Under the pieces are notes generated by a model that made no database searches, was not told the origin of the DNA, and was given only the letters and a program-made list of their open reading frames with translations. DNA of 64,000 nt from an uncultured Gammaproteobacteria bacterium (lineage in GTDB: Bacteria > Patescibacteriota > Microgenomatia > Daviesbacterales > UBA10151): positions 85,559-149,558 of the forward strand of contig CAZVEX010000002.1 of assembly GCA_964625535.1 (NCBI GenBank), in the 5' to 3' direction. The number at the start of each line of letters is the position of its first letter. Position 1 is the stretch's first letter. This document shows, one piece after another, positions 29,404 to 39,674 of this stretch. The translations under genes were made by a program, and so were the position numbers.

Positions 29404-30357
29404 GAATCTTAGCTCTTTTTTAGTTGTATCAAAGGAAACTTTCACTCCTACCGGCATGGGGATATTGACTGTAAAATGTCCGAAATCCAAATTTGCCATT
29501 ATGGGAAAATCATAATCTTTTAAGATTTCCAGAATCATTTCTTTAACTCGTGGTACAGTAACCTCTTTTTGTCTTAAGGGTTTTATAAATTTAATTTTTC
29601 CAACTAGCATCCCATTTATTCTCTCGAAAATTCCCACATGCTTTAATTGATAAAGATGATAATAAATTTCCGTTAAATCTCTTCCTACTTCTTCCCAAAA
29701 TAATATGCTTCCATCAAACAAATCCAAAGACGGGAAATATTTAGTACCGGCAAGCGCTAAAATTCTTTGTAAAATTCCACCTATTAAATGGCCTGCTACC
29801 TTTCCTTTTTTCCACTCTTCCCACTCTGTGACAGGTTTTATTATTCCAGGAGCTTCTGCCTTGGTTAAAAACTTTAAGAAAAATTCCTGATCCAATTTCG
29901 GCCAATCTTTCTGCCCTGCCTCTATCTTTCTGCCAAAACCATAGGAGAGATCATCCATATGAAATCCCACCATTCCGGTTTGGGAAAATATTGCCAGATG
30001 ATAAATAGTCATATCGGACATGCCAATAAATGGTTTAGGGTTATTAATTATTAATTCGTAGTCAAGATATTCTAAAACAGAAATTGCCGAGTAACCGCCA
30101 GTATGGGCAATGATTGCCTTGACATTTTTATCTGCAAACATGGAATTGATATCATCTGCCACTTCTTTTGGAGTACCACTCATCCACCATCTTACTTTTT
30201 TAGTGGTGTTACCTTCCTTAATCTTAAAACCCATATCAGTGATTAATTTTTTACCTTTCTCGTATTGCTTTTTGTGGTGAGGGAAAACAGGCAAAGATGA
30301 AGCCACAATTCCAACAGTATCTCCAATATTTAGTTTTGGAGGTTTAACAATTTTCAC
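29383..30357 (-). CDS. LD-carboxypeptidase (peptidase S66 family)
   Basis: S66 nucleophile motif FIGMSDMT. The length and fold pattern match LdcA/MccF. Confidence 0.75.
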   Translation of the reverse strand: MKIVKPPKLNIGDTVGIVASSLPVFPHHKKQYEKGKKLITDMGFKIKEGNTTKKVRWWMSGTPKEVADDINSMFADKNVKAIIAHTGGYSAISVLEYLDYELIINNPKPFIGMSDMTIYHLAIFSQTGMVGFHMDDLSYGFGRKIEAGQKDWPKLDQEFFLKFLTKAEAPGIIKPVTEWEEWKKGKVAGHLIGGILQRILALAGTKYFPSLDLFDGSILFWEEVGRDLTEIYYHLYQLKHVGIFERINGMLVGKIKFIKPLRQKEVTVPRVKEMILEILKDYDFPIMANLDFGHFTVNIPMPVGVKVSFDTTKKELRFSEGAVR

Positions 30358-30371
30358 AAGCTCATTGTATC

Positions 30372-30400
30372 AAAAAATCCCGCCCCAACAAGAGGCGGGA
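30372..30400 (-). terminator. Rho-independent terminator (bidirectional stem)
   Basis: Stem TCCCGCC (30378-30384), loop CCAACAAGA, stem GGCGGGA (30394-30400), with T/A tracts on both sides. It lies downstream of the minus-strand gene at 30428..30631. Confidence 0.6.
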
Positions 30401-30427
30401 CCTTTCTTTTCCTAATTAGGAAAATGA

Positions 30428-30631
30428 TTACCCCTTACCGCACACTTTGCAATCACCCATGTGGGTGGCAGCAGAATAAACTGCGGAAAGTCCAACCAAA
30501 ATGTTAAAGATTTGCACCAGGCCCAAACCGCCCAGTACCAAGTTAACTACATCAAAACCCAAAGCCGATAAACCAAGATTCACACCACCAACCCAAAGCA
30601 GGGTGTATGCTGCCATATGTAAAGCCTTCAT
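30428..30631 (-). CDS. Small membrane protein (DUF378-like)
   Basis: 67 aa with two transmembrane helices (LGFDVVNLVLGGLGLVQIFNILVGLSAVY). Confidence 0.4.
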   Translation of the reverse strand: MKALHMAAYTLLWVGGVNLGLSALGFDVVNLVLGGLGLVQIFNILVGLSAVYSAATHMGDCKVCGKG

Positions 30632-30693
30632 TTTCTCACCCCCTTCCCCCTGCTTCCAGTGTAATCACAAATCAAATCTTTAATCAAGAGGGA

Positions 30694-32448
30694 TTATGAT
30701 TTCAGAATGCTTAGAAATACCTCTTGGGGGATTTCTACTTTGCCCACCATTTTCATTTTCTTTTTTCCTTTTTTCTGTTTTTCCAATAATTTGTCTTTAC
30801 GGGTTCTATCCCCACCATATAATTTAGCTGTGACATCTTTTCTGTATGACGATACAGTTTCCCGGGCAATAACCTTTCCACCAATTACTGCCTGAATAGC
30901 AATTTCAAAATTTTGTCTTGGTAAAACTTCTTTTAGTTTCTCTACCATCCGCCGGCCGACGGATTCTGCTTTCGGTCTAAAAACAATCGTAGACAGGGCA
31001 TCCACTTTTTCCCCTCCCACCAAAATATCAACACGAACAGCATCCACCTCTCTAAAGTCTAAAAATTCCCAGTCCAGGGAAGCAAACCCACTGGAAACCG
31101 ATTTTAACTTATCATAAAAATCAGTGACCATCTCTGCCAAAGGCATTTCATAAGCAAGCTCCACTTGAGCTCCAAAATGCTGCATTGTTACAAAATTGCC
31201 TCTTTTATCCTGCGTCAAATCCATGACAGCGCCAATATAGCTTTGTGGCACAAAAATTTTCAAAGATACCCAGGGTTCTTTAATATTTTTCATATTGGCC
31301 GGGTCTATTTCCGACGGATTATTGACCGGCCGATCGTTTAACAAGTATTCAACAGAAGGAGTTGTTGCCAATAAGTTGGCGTTATGTTCCTCCGATAATC
31401 TTTCCTGTACAACTTCTGCGTGAAGCAAGCCCAAAAACCCGCACCTAAATCCTGAACCCAAAGCTTGGGAATGTTCAATCTCAAAGCTAAATGCCGGATC
31501 ATTTAACTTAAATTTTTGCAAAGATTCTTTGATATCCTGATATTCATCCTGGTCTATCGGATATAAACCGACAAATACCATTGGCTTAACCTCTTTGTAT
31601 CCTAGCAAAGGAGTCACGCCTCCGGTGGATGCGATGGTGTCACCAACTCTAACCTGATCAGGCTCCTTGATGCCGGTTGCAATATAGCCAATTTCTCCAC
31701 TCTGCAATCCGTCATTTGAAACAAGCTGCGGACTAAAAAAACCGGTTTCTAAAATATGGCCTCTGGCTTTGGTTTGCAAAAAATAAACAGGCGTATTAAT
31801 TGGTGGCGTTTGCCCATTAACAATTCTCACTTGTGCAACAACACCCTTAAAAGGATCGTAAAAAGAATCAAATACCAGGGCTCGCAAGACTGTAGAGTCT
31901 GTCTTGGGAGGAGGAATTCTCTCGACTATAGCCTTCAGCAAACCTTCTACTCCTTCTCCTGATTTGGCGGAAACCAAAAGTATTTCCTGATGACTGAAGC
32001 CAAAACTATCTTCAAGCTGTTTTTTTGTATTTTCAATATCCGCATTTGGCAGATCTATCTTGTTAATAACCGGAACCAAAGTCAGATTTTGCTCCAGCGC
32101 TGCCAGACCATGGGCTAAGGTTTGAGCTTGTATTCCGGCAGTTGCATCTACTAAAAGTATCGCTCCTTCCACCGCTGCCAGCGCACGAGAAACTTCATAA
32201 GAAAAATCCACATGGCCGGGAGTATCAATTAAGTTTAGGGTGTAAGGTATAGTGTTTAGGGTATAGTTGAGTCTAACAGGGGCCAGTTTGATGGTAATGC
32301 CGCGCTCACGCTCCAGAGCCAAAGAATCCAGTAGCTGTGGTCTCATTTGATCTGCTGGGACAGTGTGGCAAATTTCCAAAAACCTATCAGCTAAAGTAGA
32401 TTTCCCGTGATCCACATGGGCAATAATACAAAAATTTCGGATCTTCAT
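30694..32448 (-). CDS. lepA: Elongation factor 4 (LepA)
   Basis: IRNFCIIAHVDHGKSTLADR, DTPGHVDF, and the LepA-specific C-terminal domain. Confidence 0.9.
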   Translation of the reverse strand: MKIRNFCIIAHVDHGKSTLADRFLEICHTVPADQMRPQLLDSLALERERGITIKLAPVRLNYTLNTIPYTLNLIDTPGHVDFSYEVSRALAAVEGAILLVDATAGIQAQTLAHGLAALEQNLTLVPVINKIDLPNADIENTKKQLEDSFGFSHQEILLVSAKSGEGVEGLLKAIVERIPPPKTDSTVLRALVFDSFYDPFKGVVAQVRIVNGQTPPINTPVYFLQTKARGHILETGFFSPQLVSNDGLQSGEIGYIATGIKEPDQVRVGDTIASTGGVTPLLGYKEVKPMVFVGLYPIDQDEYQDIKESLQKFKLNDPAFSFEIEHSQALGSGFRCGFLGLLHAEVVQERLSEEHNANLLATTPSVEYLLNDRPVNNPSEIDPANMKNIKEPWVSLKIFVPQSYIGAVMDLTQDKRGNFVTMQHFGAQVELAYEMPLAEMVTDFYDKLKSVSSGFASLDWEFLDFREVDAVRVDILVGGEKVDALSTIVFRPKAESVGRRMVEKLKEVLPRQNFEIAIQAVIGGKVIARETVSSYRKDVTAKLYGGDRTRKDKLLEKQKKGKKKMKMVGKVEIPQEVFLSILKS

Positions 32449-34083
32449 TAGACAGTTTCCGGCAGGATTTCTTTAGATTTAAGCTTTGTCTGGAACTTAC
32501 CAAATCTTTTCAGAAGCTCAACATACGTATCTAATTCTCGAACTCTTAAAAACCAAACCAACATTACATAGACAGATAAGGCAAATACGGAAGAAAGAAA
32601 AGTTAAAACTAAAAGATTTATTGTCCTGGTGGTATCAAAAATCACTTGATCCAAAAGTTTGATTGGAACATATAAAGCCACACCCATGATGATGGTGGCC
32701 ATAATCATTTTCAAGAAAGGAATCAATATCTTATTCAAATTAAATTTCCCCACCTTAAAATGAAGAGCCCAAAAAAGTAAAACTGCCGAAAGAATAGCAG
32801 CAATAGAATTAGCCAAACCTATACTCCAAACATCAAGCTTCAAAATGACAATAAAGTAGACACTCAAGATAATATTTAATACCACCACAACTAAAGATAC
32901 TAAAACAGGAGTCTTGGTGTCCTTAAGCGCATAAAAACCTCTTACCAAAAGCAAGGAGATGGCTTGGGCAGAGAGCCCTATGGCAAGATAAGCTAAGGTA
33001 GCGCCTGTTAAAACAGTCGCTTCCCAATCAAACTGGCTTGCTCCAAAAACCAGTCTGACAACAGGCACTCTAAGAACTATTAAAATAGCTGCTGCTGGTA
33101 ATGCCAAAAAAAGGATTTGATGTAAGGTTGTTAGAACCGTTATCTTAAATTCCTCGATCTTGCCGCGGGCTCTTTCCGATGAAAGAACCGGCAGAGCAGC
33201 TTGGGCGAGTGTTGCCCCAAAAAGACCGATTGGAACAACTTGCAGGTGTTGAGCAAATGTTAAATAAGTCACGGATCCGATTGCAGAAAGTGATGCCAAT
33301 GCCAAGCCAACTGTCTCGTTAATCTGTTCTGCGGCAAGGCCAAAAGTTCTCACACTCATAAGCCGTATTATTTCTTTTACACCGGGATGGAAGAATTTAG
33401 GAGGAAAGCGAAACCTAAACCCCAAGCTCCAAACCAAAGGCAGTTGTATTAGAGCATGCAATAGAGCGCCCATTACTACGCCGAAAGCAGCGCCCGTAAT
33501 GCCAAAATCTTTAGATAAGAATATTATTCCCAGAATAATTCCCAAATTATAAAAAATCGGAGCCAAAGCCGGAACGATAAACCTTTGCAAGGATTGCAAA
33601 ATGCCAATAAAAAATGACCCTAAAACCAAAATAACCTGCCCAAAAAGAATAATTCTTGTCAGCGCCACAACTTGCATTTGCCGCTGCGGCGCAAAGCCCG
33701 GAGATATAAAGTTGGTAACTATCTGCTCCGACAAAACAAAAATCAGGATGGTTGCCAAAATAAATATAGACAAGAATACATTTAGTACCGCCCTTGCCAT
33801 CTCAAAAGCTTTTTCCCTGCCTTTATCTTCCAAGTTTTCTGTAAAAACAGGGATAAAAGCAACTGATAAAGCCCCCAGGATAATTATCTGAAAGATTAAA
33901 TCCGGCAACCTGAATGCCGCCCAAAAAATATCTATTTTGTCCGGCGAGAATACATGTGCCAGCAAACGATCGCGAACCAGACCTAAAACTTTAGACAACA
34001 TCATTGTTGCCATGATTATTGATGCTGCGGATAAAATTGATGTCTGCCTTGAATAAAGAAGCGTAAATAAATTTTTAACCATG
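32448..34083 (-). CDS. murJ: Lipid II flippase MurJ/MviN
   Basis: Fourteen-transmembrane MOP-family protein. The N-terminus SRQTSILSAASIIMATMMLSKVLGLVRD is typical of MurJ. The start was moved to the ATG at 34083, because the ORF-track start at 34151 would overlap divergent rpsT. Confidence 0.85.
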
Positions 34084-34144
34084 TTTAAAAATAGTTTATC
34101 AGCTGGCTTGCTAAAAAGGTAGTGGCTATGATACCATATCCGCC

Positions 34145-34378
34145 ATGCCAATCATTAAATCAGCTATTAAAAAAGTTAGAAAAGATAAGATAAGAACAGC
34201 GCGCAACAAAAAGCGCACAGACAGCCTAAAAAGCTTAATTAAGAAGGCTCGTACCGGCAAAGCAGCTAAGGATTTACAAGCAGCTTTTTCTGCTTTGGAT
34301 AAAGCTGCCAAAGTGTACTTAATTCATCCCAACAAGGCTGCCAGATTGAAATCCAGACTGACAAAAAAATCAAAATAG
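34145..34378 (+). CDS. rpsT: 30S ribosomal protein S20
   Basis: 77-aa basic helical protein beginning MPIIKSAIKKVRKDKIRTARNKKR. Confidence 0.85.
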   Translation: MPIIKSAIKKVRKDKIRTARNKKRTDSLKSLIKKARTGKAAKDLQAAFSALDKAAKVYLIHPNKAARLKSRLTKKSK

Positions 34379-34394
34379 GGCGTATAATATATTC

Positions 34395-34976
34395 ATGCCC
34401 AAACCTAAATCCAAGATCACCATCAATCTTGATCTTCTCAAACCACAAAGCAATCCGGAAAAACTATTGGTTAAACTTTTACGCTGGTTGCTTGGGAGTG
34501 GCCGTTTCATCTTCATTATTGTGGAGGCAGTGGTACTAATAGCTTTTTTAACCCGTTTTAAACTGGACGCTGATCTGGCCACAAGAAAAGAAACTATCGA
34601 GGAACAAATCCCCTATATTGAGAGTTTGAGGCCCTATGAAATATTAATCAGACAAACCCAACTTAAGCTATCAACCATTTATGCCTTTAACCAAAGCAAT
34701 CCAGACTATCATACATTACTGAAAAAGGTAGCCGAGCATACTCCCATCTCTGTCAAAATCAACAGCCTGAGCGTGGAAAAGGCTGTGAATAAAATAACTG
34801 TTCAAATCAATGCCCAGGCGTCAACCAACAGCGATCTGGTTACCTTTGTGAGCAGTTTAAAAGATGACCAATATTTTACCGGTGTAACCTTAGCCAGCGC
34901 GGGACTGGAAGAAAACCTTCTAAGATTTACAATTGATACATCTGTCAACATTCTGCCGGGAGAAAAAACTTTATGA
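34395..34976 (+). CDS. Type IV pilus assembly protein PilN-like
   Basis: Short cytoplasmic N-terminus, one transmembrane helix, and a periplasmic coiled-coil/alpha-beta domain. It is paired with a PilO-like gene. Confidence 0.5.
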   Translation: MPKPKSKITINLDLLKPQSNPEKLLVKLLRWLLGSGRFIFIIVEAVVLIAFLTRFKLDADLATRKETIEEQIPYIESLRPYEILIRQTQLKLSTIYAFNQSNPDYHTLLKKVAEHTPISVKINSLSVEKAVNKITVQINAQASTNSDLVTFVSSLKDDQYFTGVTLASAGLEENLLRFTIDTSVNILPGEKTL

Positions 34977-35578
34977 AAGAGTCTAATCGCTATTTTAGGT
35001 ATTTTACTTATATTAAGCCCATTACCGGCATGCCGATCGTTAAAACTTACGGTCCAGTAATCTTTACTCTTCTAATCATGACTGTTTTCGTCGTTTTCGC
35101 TATCAAGCCAACAATTGAAACAATTCTGGTGTTGCAAAAGAAACTGGCCGATGCGGATAAAATCGTTGCCCAAATTAATGAAAAGACAGAAAACTTATCA
35201 AAAGGCAAAGAAAACTACCAAAGACTTGAACAAAATGCTAGAGATAAAATTCAGCGAGCCATACCGGATACCATTGATTTAAAATCACTTATTCAAACTC
35301 TTGAACAATCCACCCGCACCTATGAGGCCTCAATTTCTGCCTTGCAAATACAACCGATAACTTTGGCCGCGACAAAAGATAATAACATTCAAAACAAGCT
35401 GCAGGAAGTGTCTTTTACTTTCAATATCGAGGCTTCTTATCAAACTTTAACTGCTATCTTACAAGATCTTAAGGCAAACAACCGGTTAATATCCATAGAT
35501 AAGTTAACATTAAATAGGCCAGGCGAGGGAAAAAGCCTGATCATGTCAATTTCCGGAAAAGCATATTTTTTAAGATAG
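34973..35578 (+). CDS. Type IV pilus assembly protein PilO-like
   Basis: Transmembrane helix followed by a coiled coil and a C-terminal alpha/beta domain. The start overlaps the pilN-like stop (translational coupling). Confidence 0.5.
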   Translation: MKESNRYFRYFTYIKPITGMPIVKTYGPVIFTLLIMTVFVVFAIKPTIETILVLQKKLADADKIVAQINEKTENLSKGKENYQRLEQNARDKIQRAIPDTIDLKSLIQTLEQSTRTYEASISALQIQPITLAATKDNNIQNKLQEVSFTFNIEASYQTLTAILQDLKANNRLISIDKLTLNRPGEGKSLIMSISGKAYFLR

Positions 35579-35587
35579 GCTAAAAAC

Positions 35588-35755
35588 ATGACTCAAAAAT
35601 ACTGGTTTATTGTGACCATATTAACTTTGATCACAGTGATTGCCTGGGTGATTTTTGATATAGTACACACACGCTCTCAAGTAGAGATGCCTGCAAAATG
35701 GCAGGAGGTTGTCGAACCTATCAGTCCTGATTTTGATTTACAGGGACTTCAATGA
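35588..35755 (+). CDS. Small membrane protein (55 aa, hypothetical)
   Basis: ATG ORF encoding MTQKYWFIVTILTLITVIAWVIFD..., one transmembrane helix. It is absent from the ORF track because it is under 60 aa, and it fills the gap inside the pilus-like cluster. Confidence 0.3.
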   Translation: MTQKYWFIVTILTLITVIAWVIFDIVHTRSQVEMPAKWQEVVEPISPDFDLQGLQ

Positions 35756-35758
35756 ATC

Positions 35759-36637
35759 ATGATCAAAAGTTTAAATAAATTTAAAATTCCTACTATTTTG
35801 GGACTTGCCGTTATCACCTCTGGTATAGTTATCGGCGGGTTTTTGGTTTTGAGAGAACAAATTCTCACTGCTAAAGCTAAACCCGATCTTACCCCCCAAA
35901 ATATCACCATTACTAATATTGAAGGTCAATCATTGACCATTTCCTGGCAAACTCCAGCCGAAGTTGTATCTTTCGTCACCTTTGGTCAGACTACTGTCGA
36001 TGAACAGATTATCATTGATGACAGAGATCAAAATACCCCCCAGGCACACGTCTTTCATTATGTAACTCTTAAAAATTTACAGCCAAATACAACTTATAAA
36101 TATAGAATTATCTCCGGCAAACTTAAATCGGAAATATTTGAAGTAACTACCGCTTCTCTGGCGACAGCGCAAAACGGACAAAAACCCGTTATAGGATCTG
36201 TGCTGGATGAGAATGAATCTTTAAATGAAGCCATTGCCTATTTATCCATCTCGGGAGCAGTAACTCAATCTGCGCTGGTGAAAAATTCTGGCAATTTCTT
36301 AATTCCCCTCTCTTTCGCTCGTAAAACTGATATGTCGGACGTATTTAAACCCACCGGAGAGGAAATTGCCAAAGTCACAGTCGTATCCGACAAAGGAGGG
36401 GTTAGCGCTATCTTTAATTTGCAATCGTATCAGCTTTTGCCTCCTTTAAAGATAGGCCAGAATGTAGATTTAACCGTTCCTTCTGATAACCAGATCAAAA
36501 AATTTGACCTAAACAAAGACGGTTTAATAAATTCTTCCGATTATGCACTAGCTTTAAAAAATAAGGTGGATTTAAATGGGGATGGAGCATTTGATCAAAA
36601 AGATTTAGATTTAATGCAAAAAAGAATTAACCAGTAA
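35759..36637 (+). CDS. Fibronectin-III-like domain protein with C-terminal dockerin-like Ca-binding repeats
   Basis: N-terminal transmembrane/signal sequence, an FN3-like segment (ITNIEGQSLTISWQTP...TTYKYRI), and a C-terminal pair of DxNxDGxI motifs (DLNKDGLINSSD, DLNGDGAFDQKD) resembling a dockerin/EF-hand pair. Confidence 0.45.
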   Translation: MIKSLNKFKIPTILGLAVITSGIVIGGFLVLREQILTAKAKPDLTPQNITITNIEGQSLTISWQTPAEVVSFVTFGQTTVDEQIIIDDRDQNTPQAHVFHYVTLKNLQPNTTYKYRIISGKLKSEIFEVTTASLATAQNGQKPVIGSVLDENESLNEAIAYLSISGAVTQSALVKNSGNFLIPLSFARKTDMSDVFKPTGEEIAKVTVVSDKGGVSAIFNLQSYQLLPPLKIGQNVDLTVPSDNQIKKFDLNKDGLINSSDYALALKNKVDLNGDGAFDQKDLDLMQKRINQ

Positions 36638-37240
36638 AAACTCTGCTTGGGGCTCATCTAAAAGGCCGCTTTTTATTTTAAAGTCTGTTTCTAAAACAGA
36701 TTTATATAAATTTACTAACTGATCAGGAGCAAAATTAATTCTCATTTTGGCATTTTTATTTTTGACAAAATCTTTAACCCCTTTTGGTTTCGCTACCAAA
36801 TTTCTAAGGAGGTATAAAATCATAGTTATCAAATACTGGCTGTCATAGCCTGCCCTCTTGAGCTTATCCAATGCTAAAAAAGCCCTTTTGTCTCTTTGAC
36901 CCAAAAGATCTAAAAAGGGGAAAACAGATACTTCCTTTGCTTCGGGGAAAAATAAAACATCACCCTTAAAGTTTTTCGTGTCAATCTCATGATCAAACCA
37001 TAAAACTAGAGTTAAGGGATTAGGGTGTAGGGTATAGTTATTAAAACCTTCAGATGGGTTTTCCAAAATAATTAATCTGTCGCCATCAAAAAGAGACTGT
37101 GACCTTAAACTTGTCAGAATTTCCGCCGGTTCTGCCCCCTTTTCAAAAACCATGATATTCTCTGGTTCAAATTTATCTTTTATCTCTGATAATTTTTTTC
37201 TGGAAGCATCAATTGCCGGTCCGTGCAGAAGCACTGCTTT
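36611..37240 (-). CDS. holA: DNA polymerase III delta subunit-like (HolA)
   Basis: A length of about 210 aa and a C-terminal helical region compatible with HolA. The start was set to the ATG at 37240, preceded by SD GGGAGGTGG. The ORF-track start at 37303 has no SD. Confidence 0.5.
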   Translation of the reverse strand, partial: KAVLLHGPAIDASRKKLSEIKDKFEPENIMVFEKGAEPAEILTSLRSQSLFDGDRLIILENPSEGFNNYTLHPNPLTLVLWFDHEIDTKNFKGDVLFFPEAKEVSVFPFLDLLGQRDKRAFLALDKLKRAGYDSQYLITMILYLLRNLVAKPKGVKDFVKNKNAKMRINFAPDQLVNLYKSVLETDFKIKSGLLDEPQAEFLLVNSFLH

Positions 37241-38417
37241 CATTTGCCACCTCCCCTGATAAAATTTTTCTGACATACTCCTGTATAATGGAAAAATCAT
37301 CATCCTGGGATATTAAAACATAAGCCCCTCCATAATCCGACGCGCTGGGATGTGTCAGCAACGATTTCCTACCTAAAGGTAAATTTTCTTTGGGCGAATC
37401 ATCCAGAATGAAACTATAACTGGTGTCCAAATCTTTTAATAGTCTGGCAAATTCCAAGGCGTCTTTCACAGAAATGTCCATGTCAATGCTACTGCCCAAG
37501 GTCTTTGCCAACTGGGAGAGTTTCTGCGCATCCAAAAGAGTCTGAAGCGATAACAGCTTATCTCTTAGTGCCTGCAAAACCTTCTGCTGTCTTTTTGATC
37601 TGGCAAAATCAGAAGCCTCACCATTTGTGCCATGTCTTGACCTGACGAATTTTAGAGCTGTCTCTCCATCCATTAAAGTTTTTCCCTCTTTAAAACCGAT
37701 GTGTTCAAATCTGCAGGTAAAATATTTTGCTCCTTGATCTTCCTCGGCCGAGTCGGTAGCAATCACCCCCTCCAATGAAATTAATACTTTTTTTCTACCT
37801 GGTTCAATATTTAACTTTTTGGCCTCTTCTTCGGAAAATTCTCTCTCTTCTTCCCTGAAACCACACAGATCTTCTTCTTTGCCGGCAATGGGGTAGTTAT
37901 AATCATCAAATGAACTTTCAACCATAACTTCAATGCCTCCCAAAATATCAACTGCCCTGACAAAGCCCCCAAAATCTACTCTTAAACCGTAATGAATCGG
38001 TAACCCGACCACATTGCCCATGACAGTTTTTGAAAGACTTATACCCTCTTTCTTTAAACTACCTGTTTGATAAACCGCATTGGCTTTAACTCGCAGAGCA
38101 GGCAGCCATAAATCTCTGGGGATGGAAATCAGATAGACTTTTTTGGTTTTAAGATTGTAGGAAGCAATAATGATAGTATCTGTGAGGGTGGCTCCGTCAT
38201 GGCTACCTCCGGCCATGCCCAATAAAAGCACATTAACAAATCCATTGGTAGATTTTAAAGTTGTGCCGGAAAAAATATAATTTACCACCGAAGAAGTGGA
38301 AGAAAGAGTAGACAGATAAATGGCCACTGCCATTAGTACCGAAACTACTAAAATAACAGGTAAAAATTTTTTAAGGAGTTTTTTCGCTCTCTTTTTTTTA
38401 AAGTCGATCCTCTTCAC
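37209..38417 (-). CDS. LytR-CpsA-Psr (LCP) family cell-envelope phosphotransferase
   Basis: N-terminal transmembrane segment and the LCP domain motifs VNVLLLGMAGG, TDTIIIAS, LISIPRDLW. Confidence 0.8.
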   Translation of the reverse strand: MKRIDFKKKRAKKLLKKFLPVILVVSVLMAVAIYLSTLSSTSSVVNYIFSGTTLKSTNGFVNVLLLGMAGGSHDGATLTDTIIIASYNLKTKKVYLISIPRDLWLPALRVKANAVYQTGSLKKEGISLSKTVMGNVVGLPIHYGLRVDFGGFVRAVDILGGIEVMVESSFDDYNYPIAGKEEDLCGFREEEREFSEEEAKKLNIEPGRKKVLISLEGVIATDSAEEDQGAKYFTCRFEHIGFKEGKTLMDGETALKFVRSRHGTNGEASDFARSKRQQKVLQALRDKLLSLQTLLDAQKLSQLAKTLGSSIDMDISVKDALEFARLLKDLDTSYSFILDDSPKENLPLGRKSLLTHPSASDYGGAYVLISQDDDFSIIQEYVRKILSGEVANESSASARTGN

Positions 38418-39128
38418 CTAAATCTCCTCATATATTTTAACAATCTTAATAAACTCTTCTGCATCCAAAGAAGCATTGCCTACCAAAACTCCAGCAATAT
38501 TTTCCTGGATAATAAAGCCTTTTACATTTGATGAATCTACGCTTCCCCCGTAGATAACTGCTAATTCTTGTCCATATTTTTGCTTAAAAACTCCTGCCAC
38601 TTTAGCCGCATCCTCTGGGTTATCAACCCTCCCAACTCCCGGGGTATTGGTCAAACCGGTACTAATTGCCCATATCGGTTCATAAGCAATCATGTTGCAC
38701 CCTTGAGGCACTGGTGTCTCCTCATCTTGGACACAAACCAAGGGAATAATTTTATTATTTATTGCTTGTTCTACCTTTTTCGCTACCATCTCATCTGTTT
38801 CATTAAAATTTTTTTTCCTTTCAGAATGACCCAGAATTGATAAGTCAACCAAATCCTTTAGAAGCTCTGCTGACTCTTCCCCTGTATAAGCACCCGTCCC
38901 AAAAGGTGATAAATCCTGTGATCCCACCATCATGGGAAAATTTCCCACAGTCACTGCTTTTTTAACTTCTGATAAAGCGCTGAAAGTCGGGCAAATGACA
39001 ATTTTTAAATTCTCATTTTTGGGAAGTTGTGGTCCAACTTTGGCCACCCAATCCAGAGCTTCTGTGATATTCTTGTTTGATTTCCAATTAGCTATAATCC
39101 AAATATTTTTCTTAACCCCACCATCCAT
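38418..39128 (-). CDS. tpiA: Triosephosphate isomerase
   Basis: NWKSN, LGHSERK, and the AVIYGGSV active-site/phosphate-binding motifs. Confidence 0.9.
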   Translation of the reverse strand: MDGGVKKNIWIIANWKSNKNITEALDWVAKVGPQLPKNENLKIVICPTFSALSEVKKAVTVGNFPMMVGSQDLSPFGTGAYTGEESAELLKDLVDLSILGHSERKKNFNETDEMVAKKVEQAINNKIIPLVCVQDEETPVPQGCNMIAYEPIWAISTGLTNTPGVGRVDNPEDAAKVAGVFKQKYGQELAVIYGGSVDSSNVKGFIIQENIAGVLVGNASLDAEEFIKIVKIYEEI

Positions 39129-39411
39129 ACTTTTTCAAGTCTACCATGAAATCAGCTGTGACTTCCACCCCTTCTTTCTCAAGAAAAGCTTTTTGTAAAG
39201 CCTTGGGGTGATCCAAACACTTGGTGGAAATAAATCCATGTCGGTTGATCACCCGATGCCATGGCGAGGCCTCAATATTAAAATGCAATACTCCACCAAC
39301 TAATCTGGCCCCTCTTGGCAACCCGGCCAAAGTGGCTACAGTTCCATAGGTGGTAACTTGGCCATAGGGAATAGATTTAACTATTTCTATAACCTTATCT
39401 TTAAAATTCAT
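39112..39411 (-). CDS. Alkyltransferase-like (ATL) protein: MGMT DNA-binding domain with Trp in place of the catalytic Cys
   Basis: MGMT C-domain helix-turn-helix (YGTVATLAG) and the motif SPWHRVI, where Ogt/Ada have PCHRV. Confidence 0.7.
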   Translation of the reverse strand: MNFKDKVIEIVKSIPYGQVTTYGTVATLAGLPRGARLVGGVLHFNIEASPWHRVINRHGFISTKCLDHPKALQKAFLEKEGVEVTADFMVDLKKYGWWG

Positions 39412-39665
39412 TGCTGAAGAAGTTTTATCAGTTCAGACTTTGAGGTGACACCAATCCGCCGGCCAATTTCTTTGCCATCTTTTAAAACAATATAAGTAGG
39501 AATACTCATCACTCCAAACTCGGCAGCCTTCCCCGGATTTTCGTCCACATTAATTTTTTCAATTTCTACTTTCCCTTTAAGTTCTTTTTCCAGCTCCTCT
39601 AAAACCGGCTCCATCACTCTACATGGCCCGCACCAGCTGGCCCAAAAATCTAACAGTTTAACCAT
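39408..39665 (-). CDS. trxA: Thioredoxin
   Basis: WCGPC active site. Length 85 aa. Confidence 0.85.
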   Translation of the reverse strand: MVKLLDFWASWCGPCRVMEPVLEELEKELKGKVEIEKINVDENPGKAAEFGVMSIPTYIVLKDGKEIGRRIGVTSKSELIKLLQQ

Positions 39666-39674
39666 AGATTTAAT

